Assembly: GCA_964384105.1 (NCBI GenBank)
Contig: CAYLJV010000001.1
Location: 384,001-448,000 of the forward strand
Source of the DNA: Candidatus Hadarchaeota archaeon
GTDB taxonomy: Archaea > Hadarchaeota > Hadarchaeia > Hadarchaeales > JAGGTB01
Reading direction: 5' to 3'
DNA: 64,000 nucleotides
Shown here: positions 9,383 to 18,355 of the stretch, piece after piece
Layout of the letters: every line of letters starts with the position of its first letter
How positions within the stretch are numbered: position 1 is the stretch's first letter
Made by a program: the position numbers and the translations under genes
The notes under the pieces: model-generated
Database searches by the model: none
What the model was told of the DNA's origin: nothing
What the model saw: the letters and a program-made list of their open reading frames with translations, nothing else

Positions 9383-10366
9383 ATGATAGTTGATATTCAT
9401 AGCCATATTATAACTGAGTCTTACTTGGATGAACTCTCTAGTAGGAAGAATGTTCCGAGAATAGAAAGTAAGGGCGACGGAGTCTATACTATTCATTGTA
9501 GCGATTTTCTTTCTTACGACTTTGATGAAAGAATGTATGATTTAGATAGAAAGTCTGAGGACATGAAAAAAGCGGGGGTTGATATGCAAATAATTAGTAT
9601 AGCAATGCCAGGAGTTAATAATTTAAAACCAAAAAATGCTGTCAATCTTGCACGATCAGTTAACAACGAAATTGCAGATATTGTGGAGAAAAGGCCGGAT
9701 ACTTTTGATGGTGTGGCCACTCTTCCATTTATAGATACAGAAGAGGCTCTAAAAGAGTTGGATAGAGCAATAAATGATTTGGATTTGAAAGGTATTTCTG
9801 TTTCATCTAATATAGCTGGTAGAGGCTTAGATGATAAGGCCTTTTGGCCAGTTTATGAAAAAGTTTCTAATTTAAATATACCTATTTTGGTACATCCGAC
9901 TGTTCCTATCATGGGAGATAAGTTGACGAAGTACGGTCTGAATACAGTTGTCGGCTTTGTTTTTGATTCCACAGTAGCTACACTAAATATGGTTTTTGGT
10001 GGAGTCTTTGAACGCTTTCCAGACCTGAAGGTTGTGGTTCCTCACGCTGGTGGAACAATTCCTTATCTCATCAAGAGGATAGATCATCAATATACGATAA
10101 ATCCGAATTGTCGAGAGAAAATCTCAAAAAAACCTAGTGAATATCTGAAATCAATTTACGTGGACACGGCTCAATCTACTTGTGATACTTCTATGAACTG
10201 CGTTAGATCGTTGATGGGAATTGACAAGGTTGTTTTTGGAAGTGATTATCCGTTTTGTTCGCTTGAGGATTCTGTGAATTCGATTAAAGAGATTGGCTTT
10301 TCCGACGAAGAGCTGAATGATATATTTGTGAAAACGGCAGAGAATATTTTTGACTTATCAGATTAG
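9383..10366 (+). CDS. Amidohydrolase family 2 (ACMSD/decarboxylase-like)
   Basis: VDIHSH, ILVHP, HAGGTIPY, FGSDYPF. Confidence 0.9.
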   Translation: MIVDIHSHIITESYLDELSSRKNVPRIESKGDGVYTIHCSDFLSYDFDERMYDLDRKSEDMKKAGVDMQIISIAMPGVNNLKPKNAVNLARSVNNEIADIVEKRPDTFDGVATLPFIDTEEALKELDRAINDLDLKGISVSSNIAGRGLDDKAFWPVYEKVSNLNIPILVHPTVPIMGDKLTKYGLNTVVGFVFDSTVATLNMVFGGVFERFPDLKVVVPHAGGTIPYLIKRIDHQYTINPNCREKISKKPSEYLKSIYVDTAQSTCDTSMNCVRSLMGIDKVVFGSDYPFCSLEDSVNSIKEIGFSDEELNDIFVKTAENIFDLSD

Positions 10367-10415
10367 TTTTTCTGTATTTTTAATAGATGATATTTTTCTT
10401 AAAATTAACACCATG

Positions 10416-10438
10416 AAACGAAAGTTTTATTAACCACT
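10416..10438 (+). promoter_or_regulatory. BRE/TATA promoter (AAACGAAAGTTTTATTAACCACT)
   Basis: Near-identical to 13986..14008 and similar to 20366..20388; ~25 nt upstream of the thiolase start. Confidence 0.75.
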
Positions 10439-10459
10439 GAAGGGAAATTAATCTAGCTC

Positions 10460-11632
10460 GTGGTGAAAAAAGTGCGTGATGTTGCAATAGTTGGAATAGG
10501 TATGACCGAGTTTGGTCGACTTGATGGTAATCTTACAGATATTGCATGCGATGCAGCGCTTCAAGCAATGCATGATGCAAATGCTGAAGAAAAAGAGTTT
10601 GATGCATTGTACTTTTCAAATATGGCTTCGGGTGCTTTCAATAGCCAAACCGCTGTAGCAAGTTCAATTGCCGATCGTTTAAGTTTACTTCCTGCCGATG
10701 CGCATCGTATAGAAAATGGTCCCGCTTCTGGGGGTTCGGGAATAAGAAGCGCTTTGATGGGGGTTGCATCTGGATTTCAAGACCTGGTTTTGGTAGTTGG
10801 TGCTGAAAAAATGACTGATGTGAGCGGAGATGTAGCTACAGATATTCTTTCTTCTATGAACCATCCTGAGGCAGAGTATAAACATGGAGTTACGATGCCT
10901 GGCATGGGTGCTTTGTATACAAGGCTTTATATGAAGGAGTATGGGGTTACGGAGGATGAATTTGCTGCTGCTGCCGCAAAGAATCACATTAATGCTACTA
11001 AGAATCCCAAAGCGCAACTTAGACATAAGGAAGCTACTATTGAGGGAGTAAAGGATTCAATAATGGTTGCAGATCCTATTAGATTGTATCATACCTGCCC
11101 AGTGACAGATGGTGCTGCCGCATTAGTTTTATGTCCGTTGGATATGGTTGAAGAGTTTTCGAAGAAACCTGTTAGAATACTTGGCTCTGGACAGGCTACA
11201 GATACGATGTCTCTAGAGGAACGCGATAATCCGTTGAGGCTTAAGAGTGTAGAAATTGCTTCGGATGAGGCCTTTAAGATGGCAGGTTTGAGTCGTAAGG
11301 ATATTGATATAGCTGAGGTGCATGATGCATTTATAACACTAGAATTAGCTGAATTGGAAGCAGCTGGATTCTTCCCTGCAGGGAAGGCAGGTAAAGCTAC
11401 TCTAGAAGGAAAGACAAAATTAGATGGCGAATTTCCAGTAAACACTTCTGGTGGACTAAAAGCCAGAGGTCACCCAGTAGGAGCCACGGGAATTTCCCAA
11501 GCAGTTGAGTTGGTTACTCAGATTAGGGGGGAAGCAGGTGAAAGACAGGTTAAAAAAGCTAAAAATGGTTTCTGTTGCAACTTTGGTGGATTTGGTAATA
11601 ATACTGTAGTACATATTTTAGGAGGGATCTGA
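10460..11632 (+). CDS. Archaeal-type thiolase (acetyl-CoA acetyltransferase / SCP2-like)
   Basis: VGAEKM, PVTDGAAA, AEVHDAF, VNTSGGLKARGHPVGATG; ENGPASG where ExACASG is usual. Confidence 0.9.
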   Translation: MVKKVRDVAIVGIGMTEFGRLDGNLTDIACDAALQAMHDANAEEKEFDALYFSNMASGAFNSQTAVASSIADRLSLLPADAHRIENGPASGGSGIRSALMGVASGFQDLVLVVGAEKMTDVSGDVATDILSSMNHPEAEYKHGVTMPGMGALYTRLYMKEYGVTEDEFAAAAAKNHINATKNPKAQLRHKEATIEGVKDSIMVADPIRLYHTCPVTDGAAALVLCPLDMVEEFSKKPVRILGSGQATDTMSLEERDNPLRLKSVEIASDEAFKMAGLSRKDIDIAEVHDAFITLELAELEAAGFFPAGKAGKATLEGKTKLDGEFPVNTSGGLKARGHPVGATGISQAVELVTQIRGEAGERQVKKAKNGFCCNFGGFGNNTVVHILGGI

Positions 11633-11634
11633 AA

Positions 11635-12006
11635 GTGGCGGGAAATGAGATTAAAGGTTACGAATGTAAAAATTGTGGGAGGCTAGGCCATATTGCTGGA
11701 AGAAGGTGCCTGAGCTGTAAAGGAACAGAATTTGAGGAAATTAAACTGGGTGATAAAGCTGTGCTTAGAACATATACGCAGATTTACAATATCCCTGCTG
11801 GCGTGAATGTTGACCCTCCTCTAATGATTGGCTTGTTGGAATTTGATAATGGTGTCAAGGTCGTAGGACAGTTGAACGTTGATGACCCTGAGGACTTGGG
11901 GGTTGGTAAGAAATTCGAACCCGAATGGTCAAAGCTTAGGGAGATTCAAGGTAAGGAAGTTTTTGGTTTTAGGTTCAAGCTCGTTGAAAGCTCAAAGGAG
12001 GGATAG
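11635..12006 (+). CDS. DUF35 Zn-ribbon/OB-fold thiolase partner
   Basis: CKNCG...CLSC zinc ribbon followed by OB-fold; adjacent to thiolase. Confidence 0.88.
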   Translation: MAGNEIKGYECKNCGRLGHIAGRRCLSCKGTEFEEIKLGDKAVLRTYTQIYNIPAGVNVDPPLMIGLLEFDNGVKVVGQLNVDDPEDLGVGKKFEPEWSKLREIQGKEVFGFRFKLVESSKEG

Positions 12007-12008
12007 AA

Positions 12009-12698
12009 ATGAAAGAAAAAACATATCGTGGAATAGAGAGTAAGAGGAAAGTGAAGGATTTAGGCTTCGAGTATCTGGGCGAAGATATTGATATGCCAGT
12101 TCGTGGAACTGATGCGGACTGGGAAGAAGTTATGAAGCCATATCCAACTAGGAAAATTGTTCTACCCAATGGAAAAGAAATGATAGTCGATAGTATGAGT
12201 AAGGATGAAGTAGAGGAGGTTGCTGAGGCACTGCAACCTAAAACTGTTCAACATAGACAACTGTTTGATTTGATCTCCTCTGAACTGGTCACTGAACTAT
12301 ACTTATGGCGAGAAAATAGACCAATGTGGAGTTGTCCACCGGAAAGTCATTTCTGTTTAGTTGGAAGAGTTGATGGAACTATTGTTGGTTGTTCGAACGG
12401 TGTATTAAGCGATCCTAAGGTGGGGAACAGTCTTCATACAGTTGCTATAGAAGAAGGACAGCAAGTAGGCGCTCAATTGTGGGGATGTAAGCTAGAGCAT
12501 TATTTTGATGTTTTGGGAATTGAAGCATTGCACGCTGCTGCCGAGAGTTATAGAGGAAGTACGGAGTTATTCGATAGATTTGGATTTAAAGAACTACCTA
12601 GTAAGATAACACACTTTGGTACTGGCCCTGAGCAGTATTTGACGAAGGCCCAATGGAAGCGAATAAGACCCGGTAAAATAACTGGCAAGAGGATTTAA
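12009..12698 (+). CDS. Putative GNAT-fold acyltransferase
   Basis: LVGRVDGTIVG strand-turn, HTVAIEEGQQVGAQL resembling acyl-CoA motif A, LFDRFGF resembling motif B. Confidence 0.55.
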   Translation: MKEKTYRGIESKRKVKDLGFEYLGEDIDMPVRGTDADWEEVMKPYPTRKIVLPNGKEMIVDSMSKDEVEEVAEALQPKTVQHRQLFDLISSELVTELYLWRENRPMWSCPPESHFCLVGRVDGTIVGCSNGVLSDPKVGNSLHTVAIEEGQQVGAQLWGCKLEHYFDVLGIEALHAAAESYRGSTELFDRFGFKELPSKITHFGTGPEQYLTKAQWKRIRPGKITGKRI

Positions 12699-12875
12699 TT
12701 TTTCGCTTAGTATCTGTACTAGGTAAATTTATTTTTGATTTTAATATTTTATCTCTAAAAATGAATAATGGTTATTTAATGTTCTAAGCTTAAGGAAAGG
12801 CCAAGAGTAGTTGATTTTCTTAAAATCCAGATAATTTAGCACAAACTTGGTTTTGATTAGGGGTTTTAAAGAATT

Positions 12876-13424
12876 CTATTCAAGATAAATTAATTTAGAA
12901 AATATGCTTTTTGAGTTCTCTCTAATTCTTTGCAGATCCTCTTCACTTGGGAGTCCTCTGATATCCCCCATTCTTCCTTTAGTACTAAGTTCTTTGGACT
13001 CGTGATGTTCGCTTAGAATATACCATTTGCTAAGTACGGAAAATCCTAAGTGTTCGAAGAATTGAGCAATGTATTTTACTGCGGGAATTGCTTCATCTAT
13101 TCCAGTGTGTGGTCCAGAATATGTACAGAAAATTAGAACATTTTTTCCGGGTATTTTAGGAGCTTTTGGTTTTATTCTCCCCTCTTTTCTGTATTCTTTA
13201 AACTTGGTTCTTAGGAAGGAGTCTAAGGGTTCTGCCGGATGCCAGTTAATTGAGGGTGAGCCTATGCATATTAGATCAAAATCAAAAAAATCAATCTGAT
13301 TAGCCTTATCCGCCTTCTTAAGTAAGACATCTGCTCCTGCATCTTCCAGACCCATCTTTACAGCATAAGCTACTTTCTCTGTATTTCCGGTGCTAGACCA
13401 GTAGATAATTGCTACTTTATTCAT
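12876..13424 (-). CDS. Flavodoxin-domain protein
   Basis: IIYWSSTGNTEKVA FMN phosphate loop, IGSPS. Confidence 0.85.
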   Translation of the reverse strand: MNKVAIIYWSSTGNTEKVAYAVKMGLEDAGADVLLKKADKANQIDFFDFDLICIGSPSINWHPAEPLDSFLRTKFKEYRKEGRIKPKAPKIPGKNVLIFCTYSGPHTGIDEAIPAVKYIAQFFEHLGFSVLSKWYILSEHHESKELSTKGRMGDIRGLPSEEDLQRIRENSKSIFSKLIYLE

Positions 13425-13610
13425 TTAGCATTCATTCCTTTACTTTCAAAATAAAGGTCATAAATTCAATTGGTTTATCCTGTCAATAAATAAAAACTTC
13501 TGCATAAAACATCAATATTTTCTAGGGTATTAGCCATACAAATAAGTACTAAATTTGTGTGATAAAAACCAGAATAGATAGATCACCTTTTGAAATTAAA
13601 ACATCGAACA

Positions 13611-13890
13611 TGAAGGGGCCGGGAACGTTACCTCTTTCGCGGACAGGTTGTTGCCTATACTTTAAAAAACCGGCTTCCAGCCGATACAGAGCCTGTCGGA
13701 GCGCCCGACCCCCGTGCCCCCGTAGCTGTGCAAACAAGGAGGTGAGAAACTCCTGCGGGAACACTTAATCCGCTTGTGTTGTTGAACCAATTCAATGGTA
13801 GAGAATGCAACACGTGGCGGAAGCGTGATAATTGAAGTAAAATTTAGGTCTTTTCAATTGAAAAGTTCTCGAGCTTCATCCCCCAACAGA
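13611..13890 (-). ncRNA. Candidate structured non-coding RNA, family not recognised
   Basis: GC-rich island in an AT-rich intergenic region; many nested helices; G-U pairs and GAAA/GGAA loops favour the minus strand; TTTTTATA plus A-rich BRE on the minus strand at ~13918-13937. Confidence 0.6.
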
Positions 13891-13985
13891 TTCACATATA
13901 ATTTTTTTCGACGGTCGTATAAAAATTTTTTTGTTTTAAGACTCGTAGAAGTTTTTCTTTTTAATATCTAATAATAAGGGTTATT

Positions 13986-14008
13986 AAACGAAAAGTTTAT
14001 TAACCACC
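13986..14008 (+). promoter_or_regulatory. BRE/TATA promoter of tenA
   Basis: AAACGAAAAGTTTATTAACCACC, ~25 nt before the start codon. Confidence 0.75.
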
Positions 14009-14026
14009 GCTTCAAAATTTACTACC

Positions 14027-14827
14027 GTGATGTCTTTGAGTTCTAAAAATACGAGAGAAGTATTGGTAGATGAATGGGAAAATAAATCTACTTTTGTTGA
14101 TCAATTGAGGGAGAAATACGATCATCTTTTCCAAAAAATTGCTGAACATCCATTTCTCCTAGAAATCGAGGAGGGAAAACTGCCGTTAGAGAAATTTTTA
14201 TTTTATGCTAAGCAAAATGAATATTACATATCTGAACTAAGATCAGCTGCTTCAGCTGGAGCTGCTCGGGCAACGACTGATTCTGAAAGAAGGATAATGA
14301 TGATGATTGTAAGCATGTTTCCACTGGAGTTATCTGAGTATTGTTTTGGAAAACTTTCTGTGGCAGCAGGTGTGCCGGATGAGGAGATTAAAGCCATACT
14401 TGAAGATCCAGATTTCCCACTTCCAGCCACACGGGCATATACCGATTTTATGTACAAGGAGTTTGCGACCAAACCCGCGGGAGTAGCGACAGCGTCTTTC
14501 ATAACTTGCCCCTGGACTTACAGCTCAGTGGATATTGGAGGTCTTTCGTGTGGTAAAACTTTTGCAAAAGCTCTGCATGACCATTATGGAGTCGACAAAA
14601 AGATCACTGAGGAATATATAGAACATTATGAAACAGACGAAGATTTTGCTATTGGTATAAAGGCTTTGAAAGATGCGGTGAATAAAGATGCGGAAGAGGG
14701 AAATGATAAAATGAGGAATATCCTAGAGTCTAATTTTAAAAGGGATGTAGAATACGAGTATATGTTTTGGGAGATGGCATACAAGCATAATCCTGGTAAG
14801 GAAAGGGAATTTGGTTCTTATTTCTAA
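14027..14827 (+). CDS. tenA: TenA / thiaminase II (aminopyrimidine aminohydrolase) family
   Basis: HPFLLEIEEGKLPLEKFLFYAKQN, PATRAYTDF, catalytic-type Cys in TCPWTY, EYMFWEMA. Confidence 0.85.
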   Translation: MMSLSSKNTREVLVDEWENKSTFVDQLREKYDHLFQKIAEHPFLLEIEEGKLPLEKFLFYAKQNEYYISELRSAASAGAARATTDSERRIMMMIVSMFPLELSEYCFGKLSVAAGVPDEEIKAILEDPDFPLPATRAYTDFMYKEFATKPAGVATASFITCPWTYSSVDIGGLSCGKTFAKALHDHYGVDKKITEEYIEHYETDEDFAIGIKALKDAVNKDAEEGNDKMRNILESNFKRDVEYEYMFWEMAYKHNPGKEREFGSYF

Positions 14828-14950
14828 CAGATTATGAAAAATATTTTAGGAGAACCTCGAAATCTCGTTTTTATTTTTCTAGGTTTGACTTTTATTTGAT
14901 TTCTAACTTTCTAAAAAAATAAGAAATTTTTCAAATCTTCCTTGTCTTAT

Positions 14951-14970
14951 CAAAATGTTTATATATGACT
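14951..14970 (+). promoter_or_regulatory. BRE/TATA promoter (CAAAATGTTTATATATGACT)
   Basis: Matches elements at 23318, 25195 and 31808. Confidence 0.75.
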
Positions 14971-15008
14971 GTCTACTCATTTTCAAAAGACTAACAATAG
15001 GTGTTTAG

Positions 15009-16325
15009 ATGGGAAAAACTATTGCTATAGAAAATGGAATTGTTCTTACTATGAACTCAGATAGAGAAATTTTTAAAGAGGGATCTGTGGTTATAGAGGA
15101 TGACAGAATTTTGGAAGTTGGCGATAGTAGTGATGTGAAAAAGAATTATACGCCTGATATTTCTATTGATGCAAAAAATAAAATCGTAATTCCTGGCTTG
15201 ATTAGTTTGCATCATCACTCTGATAATATGTCAAGGGGTGTGGGAGAACATATGGGGCTTCATGATTATTTAGAAAAGATATACTACCCAATGCTTTCAA
15301 AAGCAACTCCTGAAGAAACTAAGTTAACTGCACTATTGTCATATACTGAAGCTATTCTTTCGGGTACTACCACAGTAAACGAAATGTATGTTAATCTTGA
15401 AAGTTGTGCGGAGGCTGCCGAAGAGATTGGTATAAGGGCGGTCATGTCTAGTGAAGCTGCTGATTTAATAGAAGGATATGGTGAAAGCTTGGACCTAAAT
15501 GAAAAGGCCTTTAAGGAGTTAGATGGTTCTGCAGACGGAAGGATTAGAATATGGTTTGGGGCAGAGTGGGTGCCTGTTTGTTCCGAAGATTTTCTCATAA
15601 AAACGAGAGAATTAGCTGATAAGTATGAGACTGGGATTCACATACATCTTAATGAGTCGAAAGACGAAGTAGAACTTTGCAAAAAAGAACACGGCAAGGG
15701 CTCAGCTGAATATGTTAATGAATTAGGAGTTTTGGGGGATGATGTTGTATCTGCTCATAGCGTCTGGCTTTCAGAAAAAGAACAGAATATTTTTTCTGAA
15801 AGAGGCGTTAGCGTAGCTCATTGCCCGGTTTCAAATTTGAAATTGGGAAACGGAATAGCACCAATTCCTGAATTGATTGAAAAGGGTGTCAACGTTGGTC
15901 TTGGCCCTGACGGCGCTCCTTGTAACAATACAGTTAATATGTTTGAAACTATGAAATTTGCTTCCTTGGTACAAAAAGGGAGATTTTTAGATGCGTCTCA
16001 GATGCCATCAGAAAAGGTTTTAGAGATGGCTACTATAAACGGGGCAAAAGCTCTTGGACTAGAAGACGAAATTGGATCGTTAGAGAAAGGTAAAAAAGCC
16101 GATATAGTGTTGGTTGATCTCGATGTACCAAATCTACGCCCGATCTATTATGGTAAAAATCTTAATGCGTACTCACATTTGGTATACGCATCTCCAAATG
16201 CTGTGGATACAGTGCTAATAGATGGGAAATTAATTGTAAGAGATGGTAAGATAGATACAGTTGATGAAGAGAAGCTTCTTAGAGATTTTCAGACTTCTGC
16301 TGATGGACTTATAGATCGAATATAA
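15009..16325 (+). CDS. Metal-dependent amidohydrolase/deaminase (MtaD/AtzA-like)
   Basis: PGLISLHHH, HIHLNE, AHSVW, HCPVSNLKL, GLGPDG, GSLEKGKKADIV. Confidence 0.92.
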   Translation: MGKTIAIENGIVLTMNSDREIFKEGSVVIEDDRILEVGDSSDVKKNYTPDISIDAKNKIVIPGLISLHHHSDNMSRGVGEHMGLHDYLEKIYYPMLSKATPEETKLTALLSYTEAILSGTTTVNEMYVNLESCAEAAEEIGIRAVMSSEAADLIEGYGESLDLNEKAFKELDGSADGRIRIWFGAEWVPVCSEDFLIKTRELADKYETGIHIHLNESKDEVELCKKEHGKGSAEYVNELGVLGDDVVSAHSVWLSEKEQNIFSERGVSVAHCPVSNLKLGNGIAPIPELIEKGVNVGLGPDGAPCNNTVNMFETMKFASLVQKGRFLDASQMPSEKVLEMATINGAKALGLEDEIGSLEKGKKADIVLVDLDVPNLRPIYYGKNLNAYSHLVYASPNAVDTVLIDGKLIVRDGKIDTVDEEKLLRDFQTSADGLIDRI

Positions 16326-16441
16326 GCAGTTTAGGATTTTGATGGTTTCTTTTTCATGTATCTTGGGTGGTTTGTTTGGAATTTGTAAGAACGTAAAGTT
16401 TAAATACCTGCGTTGGGGTATTTACAGAGGTATAAAAACCC

Positions 16442-17482
16442 TTGGAAATTGTGGGAAAGATGTTAGGGCTAACTAATAGACAGTGGGCGACAACTTTCTC
16501 TTTCTTCGGCATTGTTATTGCAATACTAGCTGTAATATTTTTGGTTATAGGGGTTGCAATCGATATAGAAATGCAAAGTATATTCTCTGTTTTTTTTAAG
16601 ACTACTTTGTTTTCTAGTAGCGGTCTTCTTAAAGTTCTACAGAGAACAACACCCCTTACAGTAGCGGGTCTGGGGTTAGCGGTAGCGTTTAATTCAAAGT
16701 TTTGGAACATTGGTGGAGAAGGCCAGATTGTGGTAGGGGCTTTAGTTGTTACTGGTATCTGTTTGTTTTTAGGATTACCAGCATTCATTTTGGTGCCACT
16801 GGCTCTTATTTTGAGTTTTTTAATTGGTGGAGCTTATTCTGGATTTGCAGGAGTTATTAAAGCAAAGTGGAATGTAAATGAAATTCCAGTTACGATTATG
16901 ATGAATTTTTTAGCTTTTGCAATTTTAGGTTATTTAATCAATAACCCTTGGAATTGGGGAGAAGGTTTATACGCTCGGACGGCACTTATTCCTGCTGCAA
17001 CTAGGTTTCCTTTTATAATCAGACCGTTGAGCACGACTTTTCTACTGGCAATAATTTTAGTCTTAGTGATATATGTTTTAGTTAAAAAAACGATATTTGG
17101 TTACAAGATTAGAGTTGTGGGTAGCAACTACAGAGCTGCAATAACCCAGGGTATAAATGCCAATAAGATCATTAGCTTGAGTGCATTTATAAGCGGAGGT
17201 GTTTGTGCCCTCGCAGGAGCTTTTATCGTATTTGGTGGGCTTTTTAGGGCTCAAGATGGCCTTTCGGGCTTTTATGGCTTTTATGCAATAGTTGTCGCTC
17301 TTCTTGCGAACAATAAGCCGCAATATATAATTTTTGCGGCATTCTTTATGGCCTTCATTATACAGGGTGTGATCAGCATTGTAGTTCTTGGAGTTCCTCG
17401 CCAATTGGGGACGTTAGTGGTTGGTATAATGTTCGTCGTTGCAATTTCTTCAAAGTTAATTACTGAGAGGTTGCCATTATGA
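16442..17482 (+). CDS. ABC transporter permease (nucleoside type, subunit 1)
   Basis: FWNIGGEGQ, VNEIPVTIMMNF, hydrophobic. Confidence 0.9.
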   Translation: MEIVGKMLGLTNRQWATTFSFFGIVIAILAVIFLVIGVAIDIEMQSIFSVFFKTTLFSSSGLLKVLQRTTPLTVAGLGLAVAFNSKFWNIGGEGQIVVGALVVTGICLFLGLPAFILVPLALILSFLIGGAYSGFAGVIKAKWNVNEIPVTIMMNFLAFAILGYLINNPWNWGEGLYARTALIPAATRFPFIIRPLSTTFLLAIILVLVIYVLVKKTIFGYKIRVVGSNYRAAITQGINANKIISLSAFISGGVCALAGAFIVFGGLFRAQDGLSGFYGFYAIVVALLANNKPQYIIFAAFFMAFIIQGVISIVVLGVPRQLGTLVVGIMFVVAISSKLITERLPL

Positions 17483-18354
17483 TCACTGATATAACTATTT
17501 CGATATTGACCCTTTTACCTATATTAGGTCTATCTTCTCTTGGAGGATTAATTACACACAAAAGTGGCGTTTATAACATAGCGATGGAAGGGATTATGGT
17601 TTTTGGAGCACTGGCTGCTACTTTTACTTATTTCCATATATTTAGTTCACCCTGGATTGCTCTATTTGGTGGGCTTTTGGGTGGAATTTTATTCGGAGCG
17701 ATTTTAGCTGTTTTGGAAGTGAGATTGAAATTGAATCAGATAGTCGTTGGATTTGGTCTATGGTTTGTAGCAGAGGGATTGGCTGGAACAATCTATTTTA
17801 CAAGTGTCCCGAGTTTTACTATAGAAAATACATTTAGTTCGACTTTATTTTCTCTTAACCCAATTTTCTATCTTACAATAGGTTTGGCAGTTGTGCTTTA
17901 CATTCTTTTTAAGAGGACGAAACAAGGTCTAGCTATAAGAGTCGTGGGTGAAAATCCAAAAGTTGCCGATTCTACAGGAATAAATGTGTTTAGGGTTAGA
18001 TGGATATGTTGTTTGGTGGGTTCAGCCCTTGTTGGGGCGTCCGGTGCTTATGCGTCTATTCAGTTCTTACAGGGTTTTACATATAGTATGATAGCGGGAT
18101 ATGGTTGGATCGCTTTTGCTACTATATTATTTGGGCGTTTTTCCTCAGAGGGGGTGTTTGGTGCTTCTCTGTTCTTTACTGCTTTAATAGCGATACAAAC
18201 TAGATTACAAGTTGCAGGAATGGTTTTCATACCCACTCAGTTTATGGTTGTGATACCTCATTTGGCGGTTATAGCAGCTCTCGCTTTGATGGGTATAATG
18301 GGAAAAAGCTCTAATATGCCTTCTGGATTAGGTATTCCGTACGAAAGAAAATAG
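17479..18354 (+). CDS. ABC transporter permease (nucleoside type, subunit 2)
   Basis: SGVYNIAMEG, GENPKVADSTGINV, AGYGWIAFA; ATGA overlap with the upstream permease. Confidence 0.9.
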   Translation: MITDITISILTLLPILGLSSLGGLITHKSGVYNIAMEGIMVFGALAATFTYFHIFSSPWIALFGGLLGGILFGAILAVLEVRLKLNQIVVGFGLWFVAEGLAGTIYFTSVPSFTIENTFSSTLFSLNPIFYLTIGLAVVLYILFKRTKQGLAIRVVGENPKVADSTGINVFRVRWICCLVGSALVGASGAYASIQFLQGFTYSMIAGYGWIAFATILFGRFSSEGVFGASLFFTALIAIQTRLQVAGMVFIPTQFMVVIPHLAVIAALALMGIMGKSSNMPSGLGIPYERK

Positions 18355-18355
18355 T

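Noticed and set aside
13612-13650. HDV-like ribozyme or 16S rRNA fragment similarity (ACCTCTTTCGCGG; CCGGGAACGT)
   Set aside because: No P1 partner for an HDV fold and no extended rRNA similarity.
13549-13768. Short ORFs (69-71 aa) on both strands over the GC-rich island
   Set aside because: Atypical composition and no SD; better explained as by-products of a structured RNA.
13700-13780. Resemblance to cobalamin riboswitch (GCCCCCGTAGCTGT), TPP riboswitch (tenA downstream) and group I intron P/Q (TGCGGGAA...AATCCGC)
   Set aside because: B12 box, T-loop, TPP CUGAGA/ACCUGA cores and intron R/S elements are missing, and strand evidence favours the opposite orientation.
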